This document shows, one piece after another, positions 48,764 to 57,399 of a stretch of DNA of 64,000 nucleotides. Source of the DNA: a phage; the sequence record NC_135730.1; one strand, written 5' to 3'. The notes under the pieces were generated by a model. It was not told where the DNA came from. It did not search any database and saw only the letters and a list, made by a program, of their open reading frames with translations. The position numbers and the translations under genes are program-made. Numbering within the stretch: the stretch's first letter is position 1; every line of letters starts with the position of its first letter.

Positions 48764-49026
48764 TATTGTTCCTCCACCATAACTTCGCCAAGAATTTCTA
48801 TGCAGGCATCCATTTCTGTAACAACCAAACTGTGAGGTAGTTCTACAAACACCTTTCTGAACAGGTCAAATACCCCAACATATATGTTTGCAGGATGTGA
48901 TTTTACAACAAGTGCTGTATTCACATCCCCAAGTTCATCAACAAACATCACCACAGTGCCTGGAGCTACTGAGGACAGATACTTCTTAGTTTTACGGTTT
49001 GATGCAAATTTTAACTCTGTTGCCAT
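48763..49026 (-). CDS. small protein, paralog family member 1
   Basis: 87 aa; strong RBS GAGGAGG; MAT...GTVV...VTEMD..ILGE. Confidence 0.4.
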   Translation of the reverse strand: MATELKFASNRKTKKYLSSVAPGTVVMFVDELGDVNTALVVKSHPANIYVGVFDLFRKVFVELPHSLVVTEMDACIEILGEVMVEEQ

Positions 49027-49041
49027 AAATAACCTCCTCTC

Positions 49042-50523
49042 TTACTTAGCGTACTCGATTAATTCCACAGTTTTCCCAAAGCTCGGGATATAATTTTTAT
49101 TATACCCCTCAGTGAGGACCCATAGAGTATCGTACTTTTTCCACTTGTTGTCAACAACCTTTTGTTCAAAGTTATGCTCAAAGTATAGGTCGGTCAGGAC
49201 GATGACATCTTTTGCATTTGGTATGTTGGCATCCAGATACTCGAACACGCAAGCAGCTGTTGTTCCCCATGTCGAGTGGACCTCATAGTTGATCATTTCG
49301 TCTATGTTGCCGCGAGTGTATACTTTAACCTCTCCAACCTCAGTTGACCAACAGAACATTGTAACCTTAAATTCTTTATACAGATTGCACAATCCGGTGA
49401 TTTCATTGAACATTTTCTTTAAAGTTCTTTGAGAGATCGAGCCAGAAACGTCTAAAGCCACCACAATATCTATAGTGTTTTCCGGATTACGACCAGGAAC
49501 AATAACGTGCTGGTTCTTGTTTATAGCTCCGACTTTTCGCATTGTGCTGGTCAAAGACCCAGATCGGCGACCAGGTTTTCTGTAGGTCAGTTCAGCCTTT
49601 CGTTTAGACAACATGCGTTGCTTGATGATGTCTATATAATTGATTACAGGCTTACCTCTATTCTTGACAAACTCACGAACCGCCTCAGGGCAACGACCTC
49701 CGGAAGCTTGCATTGCTGCCTCAAGCATGTCACCAGAGTCCTGCATGGCCTGATCTTTATCAGATTGGCTGATTACAGGTTGTGGCTGATCATACCCCAT
49801 AGCCTTTCCAAGATCATCACTGGTGCCACCGTTCCCACTCATGTGATCATCGGTTTGTCGCTTATCTCCTTGAGAGTTCTCACCTTTACCGCTCTTACTT
49901 TTACCGTTATTCTGATCTCTTTGCTTATCAAGAACTGCATAGACGTTCTCAGCAATCCATCCATGAAACTTCATGTCGCAGTAGCAGTTAGCTAAGAAGC
50001 CAAAAGGCTTGCCTTTCACGAACGTAGTGCTTTTCCCCTTCGGGAAGAAAACACAAGGAGGCTTGCTAAAGTCAACCACAAGACCTGTGTTGATAACGTG
50101 ATCACAAGCAATATTGAACAGTTCCGGCTCAAAGCTTTTACCACGGACCAGGTGATCACAGATAATATGCCCCACCTCATGTGACAGAAGGAAGGCCACC
50201 TCTTTCACAGATTTTGGGGAATAGAAAACTTCAGCCATCTCAAACTGCTCGTCAGTTAGAGAAGCCTTAAGAATAGCCTTGCGTTCATCAGCCAATCCCA
50301 TAATGAACTCAGGGCTGTAATAAATGCGTTTATGGTCGGTTGCCATGGTGGAGCACCATGTGTGGTTTTCTACGAACTGCAACCCTGACAGCAGTGTGCC
50401 ATAAAACGGCAGCTTTTCAAGGAGATACATACGTGCAGCCTGCAACATTCTCAGGGCATCATCTTTCTGTGAGGCAATGATTTCTGAACTTCTGCTATCC
50501 ATTAAAACTCCAGAAGGGGCCAT
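49042..50523 (-). CDS. metallopeptidase-like / VWA-like domain protein (DUF2201-type)
   Basis: N-terminal HEVGHIICDH (HExxH zinc-peptidase motif); C-terminal IDIVVALDVSGSIS (VWA MIDAS-like DxSxS). Confidence 0.55.
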   Translation of the reverse strand: MAPSGVLMDSRSSEIIASQKDDALRMLQAARMYLLEKLPFYGTLLSGLQFVENHTWCSTMATDHKRIYYSPEFIMGLADERKAILKASLTDEQFEMAEVFYSPKSVKEVAFLLSHEVGHIICDHLVRGKSFEPELFNIACDHVINTGLVVDFSKPPCVFFPKGKSTTFVKGKPFGFLANCYCDMKFHGWIAENVYAVLDKQRDQNNGKSKSGKGENSQGDKRQTDDHMSGNGGTSDDLGKAMGYDQPQPVISQSDKDQAMQDSGDMLEAAMQASGGRCPEAVREFVKNRGKPVINYIDIIKQRMLSKRKAELTYRKPGRRSGSLTSTMRKVGAINKNQHVIVPGRNPENTIDIVVALDVSGSISQRTLKKMFNEITGLCNLYKEFKVTMFCWSTEVGEVKVYTRGNIDEMINYEVHSTWGTTAACVFEYLDANIPNAKDVIVLTDLYFEHNFEQKVVDNKWKKYDTLWVLTEGYNKNYIPSFGKTVELIEYAK

Positions 50524-50535
50524 TGGCCCCTGTCA

Positions 50536-51513
50536 TTATTTAACGTGTTTGAAAATACCTGCCAACTCGGTCATTGTCATGCGGGTGGTCTTCATAAGAT
50601 CTGTCATAGCTTTCTCCATAATTGGAGATACTACCATAAAGTTTCCTTTAGTGAAACCTTTATTCCAGTCGGTCACCAACAGTGGTTTAAGTCCAGCTCC
50701 GAGACGTTCACCAGTTAAAGCACAGCATTTGCGAATATACGAACTCTTAAATTGGCTGAACGACAGATCAACTTTCATACCTGCATCGTAGAACGTTTGA
50801 CAATAGAAAGTGTAAGCCTTAGCAATCTCAACATCATCAGGCAGTGCAGGAACTTCTTCTGCAATCTCCTCTTCGACCTCCTGAGGATCTTTTTCCTCTT
50901 CAGAGTTCTGTTCTTCAATTTCTTCTGCCACAGTCTCGTTTACGATGTCTGAAATGTGTTTGTTGGCTGCACGATCAGCCATGAAATTTTTAAAGTCCTG
51001 CATTGGTGACATATCTTCCTCCTCTTCGTCAAATAGTGCTAGTTTATCTTCTTCTGTCCCGTATTGCAAGATGAAATCTTCAAAAGTATAATCACCTTTC
51101 AATTTCTCCATACGCTCTTCGCTCAGGTGGAGCATCATCTGCTGGACAATTTTTCGATCAGTTTTGTCTTTAATCAGGATTGCAGTCTTTTTATCTACCA
51201 GACAGTCTTTCAGAGCATTGCACCTCAACCCTACCACACAACAATTATCAATTGCGTAAGGACCTTCATCATCTATCCGCTCCAGAGATGGGTAGAAAGG
51301 ATTTCCCAGTCCGTTTTCATCTGTGTGCATGTCGAAAGGTATAAGGGTGTAGTCGCATACCCCCTCCCCTAAAAGTTTTTTACCAAATAGGAGGTATTCT
51401 TCCCACGACAGGTCGAACTCTATATCTCGTTTCCGTGCATTATTCTGTTTGCGTCTATATTTTTTGAGCAGGCGCTCTAACTCTTCTGGTGTATAATATT
51501 TTTCAAGATTCAT
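50536..51513 (-). CDS. HNH-like endonuclease domain protein with acidic linker
   Basis: PSLERIDDEGPYAIDNCCVVGLRCNALK resembles the SIDRID...GY...N...C..CN..K HNH variant; ATG 51513 with RBS GAGAGA preferred over track TTG 51579. Confidence 0.4.
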   Translation of the reverse strand: MNLEKYYTPEELERLLKKYRRKQNNARKRDIEFDLSWEEYLLFGKKLLGEGVCDYTLIPFDMHTDENGLGNPFYPSLERIDDEGPYAIDNCCVVGLRCNALKDCLVDKKTAILIKDKTDRKIVQQMMLHLSEERMEKLKGDYTFEDFILQYGTEEDKLALFDEEEEDMSPMQDFKNFMADRAANKHISDIVNETVAEEIEEQNSEEEKDPQEVEEEIAEEVPALPDDVEIAKAYTFYCQTFYDAGMKVDLSFSQFKSSYIRKCCALTGERLGAGLKPLLVTDWNKGFTKGNFMVVSPIMEKAMTDLMKTTRMTMTELAGIFKHVK

Positions 51514-51544
51514 GAGTTGTCTCTCGTGCTCTGTAGGTGAAGAA

Positions 51545-51573
51545 ATCTTATCAAGTGCCTCGACAGATGTCAA
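51545..51573 (-). promoter_or_regulatory. divergent promoter for the minus-strand block
   Basis: On the minus strand TTGACA -17- TAAGAT; its -35 forms an inverted repeat with the plus-strand -35. Confidence 0.4.
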
Positions 51574-51586
51574 CCTCAAAAACGTG

Positions 51587-51615
51587 TTGACTTTACTATA
51601 AATCTACGATATAGT
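51587..51615 (+). promoter_or_regulatory. early promoter for the plus-strand block
   Basis: TTGACT -17- TATAGT, 40 nt upstream of ATG 51656. Confidence 0.55.
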
Positions 51616-51655
51616 GCACCCATTCGAAAGAAAACGAACACAGGAGCACTTAATC

Positions 51656-52555
51656 ATGGCAAATCTTAACAGCTTTAGCACTCGGTGGAAACAAGATATC
51701 ACAACCAATCTCTCAGCAGGTGATATCCTTTCTGCAATTTACGAGGCTTTGGATGATAAAGCTACTTCAAAATCGGTTTGTACCAACCCCCTAATTCCTA
51801 TAGTGATGAAGGTGATTGAGCGTAGATTGGTATCTGGGTCTGATAAGTGGACATATTTAGATAATGAAGGACACACCTATTCCAACGGGTATGTCGATAT
51901 AAAAGTAGAATACGCGGTATCATACCGCCGGAGCGGTTCTGTGACTTTCAACTTTTCTGGAGGTTTCCGATCTCTGGCAACTTCACCTTTTGTTTCCTCA
52001 GAAGAGAAGTTTGAACTTCCGTTCCTTTGGATGATGGCTAACGCGACAGGAAAAACCCCCGTGAGTATTCGCGTAAAATACAACTACAACGGGTCCAGTA
52101 AGATATATGCCGAGAGTATCTCAGCAAGTTTTTATTTTGTGATGGGAGATGGAATCCTCAAGCATATAAAGATGTGCGATATGCACGATGTTATAAATGA
52201 AGTGACTGATAAGAATGTTCTGGTGAAGGACCTCAACAATTTCTATACACCTGGAGACTATTACGTCAACCGCCCACTGTGCATCTTTAATGCCGCACAC
52301 CCTTTGGGTGAATACCTGATCGTTAATAGTGACATTGCTAACAACATTTTTGAACTGGCAAGAGTACAAAATGAGGTATTGACATCCTGCAAGAGTGGTG
52401 ATAAATTCACTGATGAAGAGATGGGCGTTTTAGAAATGATGGGGTATAAATGCAGTCTTTGGGTAGATGAGGTGTTTAATGACTACATCTACGGACAGGA
52501 TATTTACCCGTTAAAGAAGTATACTGATACAAGTTTAATTTATGCGGGGATTTGA
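51656..52555 (+). CDS. hypothetical early protein
   Basis: ATG 51656 preceded by AGGAG and promoter 51587-51615; track GTG 51614 lies inside the -10 element. Confidence 0.4.
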   Translation: MANLNSFSTRWKQDITTNLSAGDILSAIYEALDDKATSKSVCTNPLIPIVMKVIERRLVSGSDKWTYLDNEGHTYSNGYVDIKVEYAVSYRRSGSVTFNFSGGFRSLATSPFVSSEEKFELPFLWMMANATGKTPVSIRVKYNYNGSSKIYAESISASFYFVMGDGILKHIKMCDMHDVINEVTDKNVLVKDLNNFYTPGDYYVNRPLCIFNAAHPLGEYLIVNSDIANNIFELARVQNEVLTSCKSGDKFTDEEMGVLEMMGYKCSLWVDEVFNDYIYGQDIYPLKKYTDTSLIYAGI

Positions 52556-52557
52556 CT

Positions 52558-52830
52558 ATGATGAAGGCATGTGGTAATGTATATTACGTCGGTGAACATG
52601 TTCAGGCAGACAGTGTGTGGAAATCTATTAAGTCCACCACTGACGATGCCTTTCTGAGTGGACTATGTTTCCCCAATCCGGGAGACATCCTCCCTCATCC
52701 TGGAGATTTTGTTGTCAACAAGATGGACGGTTATACCGTGTGCCTGATGGTTGAAAAAATCTTTTTAGACACTAGACACAATCACCGTCTTGTGTTAAAA
52801 TTTCAAGAATGTAAAATGACAATTGCCTAA
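52558..52830 (+). CDS. hypothetical protein
   Basis: First ATG of the ORF (track TTG 52552); overlaps the upstream stop. Confidence 0.3.
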   Translation: MMKACGNVYYVGEHVQADSVWKSIKSTTDDAFLSGLCFPNPGDILPHPGDFVVNKMDGYTVCLMVEKIFLDTRHNHRLVLKFQECKMTIA

Positions 52831-52843
52831 GGAGACCTTACCG

Positions 52844-53200
52844 ATGTCTAAAGTTACTTATCGTGCAGCTATTTACTGCAATGAACACCCAATCAATAAT
52901 GATGGTCACTGCCTTTTTAAAGAAAATCAGTTGGGATGTATTGTCCTCCCTGATGAAGGGAAAGGTTATCTGATTGCATTGACAGGGTTTGAACCTGAAG
53001 CTCTGGAAGCCAATCTGGACTACCTGGTAGAAGAGGGTGCTGCAGACCTGGTTGCCAATGGCTTCTCCATAAGCCTTGACGAAGTGGAGCGCTTCATGGG
53101 CAATTACCGTGTAGTGCGTGAGTTTACTATCGAGGTGGAAACTCCAGAGTGGGGTAGCCATGAAACTAATGCCGAAGAAAAAGAAGAGGAGGTAGAATAA
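52844..53200 (+). CDS. hypothetical acidic protein
   Basis: ATG 52844 with RBS AAGGAGA (track TTG 52823); acidic C-terminus EEKEEEVE. Confidence 0.35.
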   Translation: MSKVTYRAAIYCNEHPINNDGHCLFKENQLGCIVLPDEGKGYLIALTGFEPEALEANLDYLVEEGAADLVANGFSISLDEVERFMGNYRVVREFTIEVETPEWGSHETNAEEKEEEVE

Positions 53201-53457
53201 TGAAAGTGCAGATCTTGACTAATGCCGAGAAGATGTTTATTGAAGATACACCTTTTGAAGCTGGTGAGCTACAGTTCATTTATTTTGTTGACTTAGATAA
53301 GGTGTTCCCTGCACTGAATCTTGGTCTGGATGAAGTTCCTCATAAGGTTTTGTGCCAAGTTGTTCGTGCATTAGCGGCAGATGGGGAGTTCCACACCCTT
53401 GAAGATGTCCAGACCTACGGGTATCTTGAACTACAACGAGAAGAAGAGGTGAACTGA
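53200..53457 (+). CDS. hypothetical small acidic protein
   Basis: 85-aa ORF; start overlaps the upstream stop. Confidence 0.35.
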   Translation: MKVQILTNAEKMFIEDTPFEAGELQFIYFVDLDKVFPALNLGLDEVPHKVLCQVVRALAADGEFHTLEDVQTYGYLELQREEEVN

Positions 53458-53459
53458 TA

Positions 53460-53840
53460 ATGGCCCAGTGGAAGACAACAGTTGACCTTCATGATCAGTG
53501 GTTAGGACGCATCACTGAAGACGGGAAGCTAGTGGAGTGGGACAATAAGCATGTTAGCGAGTTGGCAAGTATTGTGGCTGGCAAGTTACGCTCCAAGTTC
53601 CCTGAACAACTGGATCCTGATAGTTCAAAGTTCGATCCTGAGTTGGAGGATGTTGTATACTACTTCGACACCGTTGATGACTACGACGCGTGGTTTGCAG
53701 CACAGGAGCTTTACCCACAAGGCTCTGCTATGCGCCAGATGGAAGAAGATTATCCTCCGTGTGAGCAATTCAATAGTGCAATGACTTGCCTCTATGATTG
53801 GGCAGATAAGAACCTTGTCTGGATTCGGACCGTATTCTAG
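53460..53840 (+). CDS. hypothetical protein
   Basis: 126-aa ORF in the tightly packed early operon. Confidence 0.35.
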   Translation: MAQWKTTVDLHDQWLGRITEDGKLVEWDNKHVSELASIVAGKLRSKFPEQLDPDSSKFDPELEDVVYYFDTVDDYDAWFAAQELYPQGSAMRQMEEDYPPCEQFNSAMTCLYDWADKNLVWIRTVF

Positions 53841-53846
53841 CAAGTA

Positions 53847-54149
53847 GTGGCAAGGATGCCACTTAAAAGAGTAATAAACATGTTATACCAGCAATATGAA
53901 CTTCGTGCAGAAAAAGAGTTAAATTTTGACAAAGATATTCACAGATATTATTATGGGAAAGTTAGAGGGCAAGCAAGAAAGTGTACTCCAACACTCTTTT
54001 ATGCCAGCAGACGACTAGCGCCAGAAGAGGCAACAGCAGAAAGGGTTGCGTACAACTGGAGAGTCACGTATGATATTGACAGATCCGATGTGATATCTGT
54101 TTTGGAAAACTTTGAAAACACTTACACACAAGTAGAGGACTTTTACTAA
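53847..54149 (+). CDS. hypothetical protein
   Basis: 100-aa ORF; end overlaps the next start. Confidence 0.35.
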   Translation: MARMPLKRVINMLYQQYELRAEKELNFDKDIHRYYYGKVRGQARKCTPTLFYASRRLAPEEATAERVAYNWRVTYDIDRSDVISVLENFENTYTQVEDFY

Positions 54150-55333
54150 TGTCAAGAAACGTATTCGAAAGTGGTCAAATCACTGTCCGTGAGTTGCCAG
54201 CTATTATTCAGTTTGCCCAACGTCATAGCCGATCTGTCCTAATTTTGGGACCAATGGGTGTGGGTAAAAGCCAGGTGATGAAGCAGATCGCTGATAATAT
54301 GTTCGGTGAGCGAGATGACAACCTTGTTGACGTGCGACTGTCAGATAAAGATCCTGCCGACTTATCTGGGCTACCTATCCCTGTAGAAGCGGATGGAACT
54401 ACACGTACAGTGTTTGCAATTCCAGAATTTTGGCCTGCTGATCCTGACTGGAGCGGAATTATCTTTCTGGATGAGCTCACTCATGCAGATAACTACCTGC
54501 AAAAGGTTGCAATGCAAATTATGCTTGACCACAAGTGCGGTACCTATGCATTCCCTAAGGGTTCTGTTTTTGTGGCTGCTGGTAACCGTTCTACAGATGG
54601 TGCGGTTCTTTCGGCGCTCGAAGCCCCTCTGGCTAACCGTTTTATCATTGTAGAGGTTACAAGCAATGCAGAGGTGTTTATTGAGGACTACGCATTCCTT
54701 AATGGGGTGCACTCCTCTGTAATTGGATATCTGAAAAGAGTTCCATCAGCTATCGATAATTATGAGGCCATGGCTGAGATTAATTGTCCATCTTTTGCCA
54801 CACCACGATCTTGGGTTGCTGCATCTGACATCTTGCACGATTTTGACAGCGGTATTATTTCTGACGCTATGGCCCGTGTTCTTCTGCAAGGTGCTATTGG
54901 TCACACTGCAGCGGTAGAGATCTGGACCTACCACACCAAGAAACGCAATTTACCGGAAATCGGTCGGATTATGGCAGGTGGCTGCAAAGAATACGTAGGC
55001 CCTAAGCAGCCAGACATTTTGTGGATTCTTGGATCTGAAGGTTGTATCGCTATTCGTAATATGATGGAAAATGCAAGTATCTCAGACGAAGATCTTGTCA
55101 GCTGCGTGGCAAACTTCCTCGATTTCCTTTGGGAAAACTTCAAGGACGAGAACCGAGATTTTGTATTCTCAGTCTTTATGGCGATGATGAAGCCTAATGC
55201 CTTAGGAAATGCCTTGCTTATCGGTAAAGGTCGTGACAAGATTGTTGCTCAGCTGATCAAAGCATACCCAAACCTGATGAAGATTGTAAAAGAGTTTGGT
55301 GAAGAGTTTAGCGCCATTTTGGCTAAAGCTTAA
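54149..55333 (+). CDS. MoxR / CobS-like AAA+ ATPase
   Basis: Walker A GPMGVGKS and Walker B IIFLDELTHAD; length and layout of AAA_5 / MoxR family. Confidence 0.6.
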   Translation: MSRNVFESGQITVRELPAIIQFAQRHSRSVLILGPMGVGKSQVMKQIADNMFGERDDNLVDVRLSDKDPADLSGLPIPVEADGTTRTVFAIPEFWPADPDWSGIIFLDELTHADNYLQKVAMQIMLDHKCGTYAFPKGSVFVAAGNRSTDGAVLSALEAPLANRFIIVEVTSNAEVFIEDYAFLNGVHSSVIGYLKRVPSAIDNYEAMAEINCPSFATPRSWVAASDILHDFDSGIISDAMARVLLQGAIGHTAAVEIWTYHTKKRNLPEIGRIMAGGCKEYVGPKQPDILWILGSEGCIAIRNMMENASISDEDLVSCVANFLDFLWENFKDENRDFVFSVFMAMMKPNALGNALLIGKGRDKIVAQLIKAYPNLMKIVKEFGEEFSAILAKA

Positions 55334-55342
55334 GGGGGTTGT

Positions 55343-55723
55343 ATGGCTAAAGTAGGTAAGCGGGGAAACTACCTGGTGGTATTGACCGAGGAGCCGGAGA
55401 AGGAGTACGAATGCAGCTCCACTTGCGTGATCGATATCCGAGAAAAAGATGTAGATGAAATCTGGTTTAAAATATTGGACGCTTGCGACAGCAGTGATTA
55501 TTTCTTCATCTATGTCAACGATAAGGCTGGGTTCTTCCATGACGACGGAGAGTTGCCGTATGAAATCTATGAACTTGTAGAGGCTTGCCATCGTGGAGAT
55601 GCGGAGTTGTTTGGCTTACGGCTGAAAAGCGGTAAATTCTTCTATCAAGATGAGTGCATGAATCTTCATAACTTTGTAGAGGGAACTTGCAACGATGGAG
55701 AGATTTTGGCACACTACGATTAA
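55343..55723 (+). CDS. hypothetical protein
   Basis: 126-aa ORF followed by an intrinsic terminator. Confidence 0.35.
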   Translation: MAKVGKRGNYLVVLTEEPEKEYECSSTCVIDIREKDVDEIWFKILDACDSSDYFFIYVNDKAGFFHDDGELPYEIYELVEACHRGDAELFGLRLKSGKFFYQDECMNLHNFVEGTCNDGEILAHYD

Positions 55724-55736
55724 TTTCTAAGACCTC

Positions 55737-55762
55737 CCCCGCTTCGGCGGGGATTTTCTATT
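55737..55762 (+). terminator. intrinsic terminator (TTCG tetraloop)
   Basis: CCCCGC-ttcg-GCGGGG then ATTTTCTATTT. Confidence 0.55.
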
Positions 55763-55772
55763 TGGAGTTATT

Positions 55773-56273
55773 GTGAAAATTAAGATCTTTGCTATTATTT
55801 TGAGCGCATTTTTATCGCTGCCTGTTGTTGCAGCACCAAAACAAAAAGTATATCATACTTGCAAGCCCTCAGATACTAAGGAAAACATTCTGGCATGCAA
55901 TATCTACAGGGAGGCTAGAGGGGATGGCACGATGGGTATGCTGGCATCCGGGTTTGCCACACTAAACAGGAAATCTCACCCCAAATACCCAGACACTATA
56001 AGAAAGATTGTCTACCAACCTAACCAGTTTTCGTGGACAAACCACGGCAAAACTTTTAAGGTGACAGAAAAAGATTCATGGGATCACGCTAAAAGTCTTG
56101 CAAAGATGCTTCTAAAGGTCTATAATAACAACCATGTTGCATACATGGCTATGGACATAACAGGTGGAGCAACACACTACCATACAACCAAAGTACGACC
56201 GAAATGGGCAAAAAAGATGCAGAGGACAGCTCAATTCGGGAGTCATATCTACTACAAGGAGCGCAATAAATGA
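55773..56273 (+). CDS. secreted cell-wall hydrolase (SleB / Hydrolase_2-like)
   Basis: N-terminal signal peptide MKIKIFAIILSAFLSLPVVAA; family-like motifs NIYREARGD, QPNQFSW, GGATHYH; GTG start. Confidence 0.55.
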   Translation: MKIKIFAIILSAFLSLPVVAAPKQKVYHTCKPSDTKENILACNIYREARGDGTMGMLASGFATLNRKSHPKYPDTIRKIVYQPNQFSWTNHGKTFKVTEKDSWDHAKSLAKMLLKVYNNNHVAYMAMDITGGATHYHTTKVRPKWAKKMQRTAQFGSHIYYKERNK

Positions 56274-57389
56274 TTGTAAACAGTAATGAAACTAAAGCAG
56301 TACTAACCGGAAATATGGAGGTCACCAGGGGCTCAATTTCTCTGAACAAAGAGACTTTTGGGCTAATCATTAAAGGGATTTACGAAGATAAGGTGCTGGC
56401 AAGCTGCCGTGAACCAATCTTCAATGCTGTGGACTCTCATGTTGAGTCTGGACGGGGTGATGTGCCGATCATTATTCACTCTCCTACAGACCTTGAACCA
56501 TACTTCTTTGTGCAGGACGTTGGATTGGGCATGTCAGAAGAGATGGTCCGCAACACTTTCATGAACCTCGGTGAGTCAACCAAGCGCAACAGCAACGCTC
56601 TGGTTGGCAATAAAGGTGTTGGTTCAAAGGCTCCGTTCAGCATGGTGGACACTTTCGATGTTATCAGTGTGCACAATGGTATTGAAAGCACATATCTATT
56701 GTTCTTGGATCAGGGTATCCCAAACGTTACCAAGATCCGCGAGCGGAAGACTGAAGAGCACAACGGGGTAAAAGTTCAGTTCCATGTTAAGAAAGAGCAT
56801 GTCCTGAAATATCGCACTGCTATTGCATCGTGCTTACGCTATGCGAAGTTTCCGTTCATCGTCACCGATCCCATGACCAGTAAGATGTTAGAAGGTGACA
56901 AGGTTGAGGCACAGTATCATTACGAGAAGGATGGCTGGAAAATGACCATCCTGAAAGGTTATACCAGTTCTGATGAGAGCCGTGTTGTGATGGGTCACCA
57001 ACCTTACCGCTCCAAGTTCCTGGAGACATTGACCGATTACCCTGCAATCTGCGTGGAAATTCCTATTGGGGATTGCAATATTAACCCTGGGCGTGAATGG
57101 ACCATAGAGGGCCATGACGACGGTGGATTCCAGGATCGCCTGGAGGCATTTGTCAAAGAAGGTATACGTCTTCGCGGGGCAGAAGTTGTTGCAGAACTGG
57201 AGACGGCAAAAACCTCCGCAGAAGCACGTGAAATGATGAAGAATAGTGGAGTGTTCGGACACATCTTCGGCAAGAACTTTATGTGGAACCGTTGGGAAGA
57301 AACAGGGCTTGGCGACTTAGGCGATTGTGAAATTTTCGCTGGCGGCTTAAATAAAGGCCGCATAGGCTATGCTTGTTACGGAAAGTCGG
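56270..57389 (+). CDS. GHKL-family (Bergerat-fold) ATPase, N-terminal portion; 3' end runs into the assembly gap
   Basis: N-box REPIFNAVDS (ExxxNAxD), G1 box DVGLGMS (DxGxG), G2 box GNKGVGSKAPF; ORF continues into the N run at 57390. Confidence 0.5.
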
Positions 57390-57399
57390 NNNNNNNNNN
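57390..57399. other. assembly gap (10 N)
   Basis: Run of ten n characters in the sequence. Confidence 0.99.

Noticed and set aside
49507-49995. 162-aa plus-strand ORF inside the VWA/metallopeptidase gene
   Set aside because: Antisense to a gene with recognisable motifs; no RBS.
51514-51579. ORF-track TTG start at 51579 for the HNH-like gene
   Set aside because: No RBS and it would overlap the divergent promoter; the downstream ATG at 51513 has GAGAGA upstream.
51614-51655. ORF-track GTG start at 51614
   Set aside because: Lies within the -10 element of the early promoter; ATG 51656 with AGGAG is the more plausible start.
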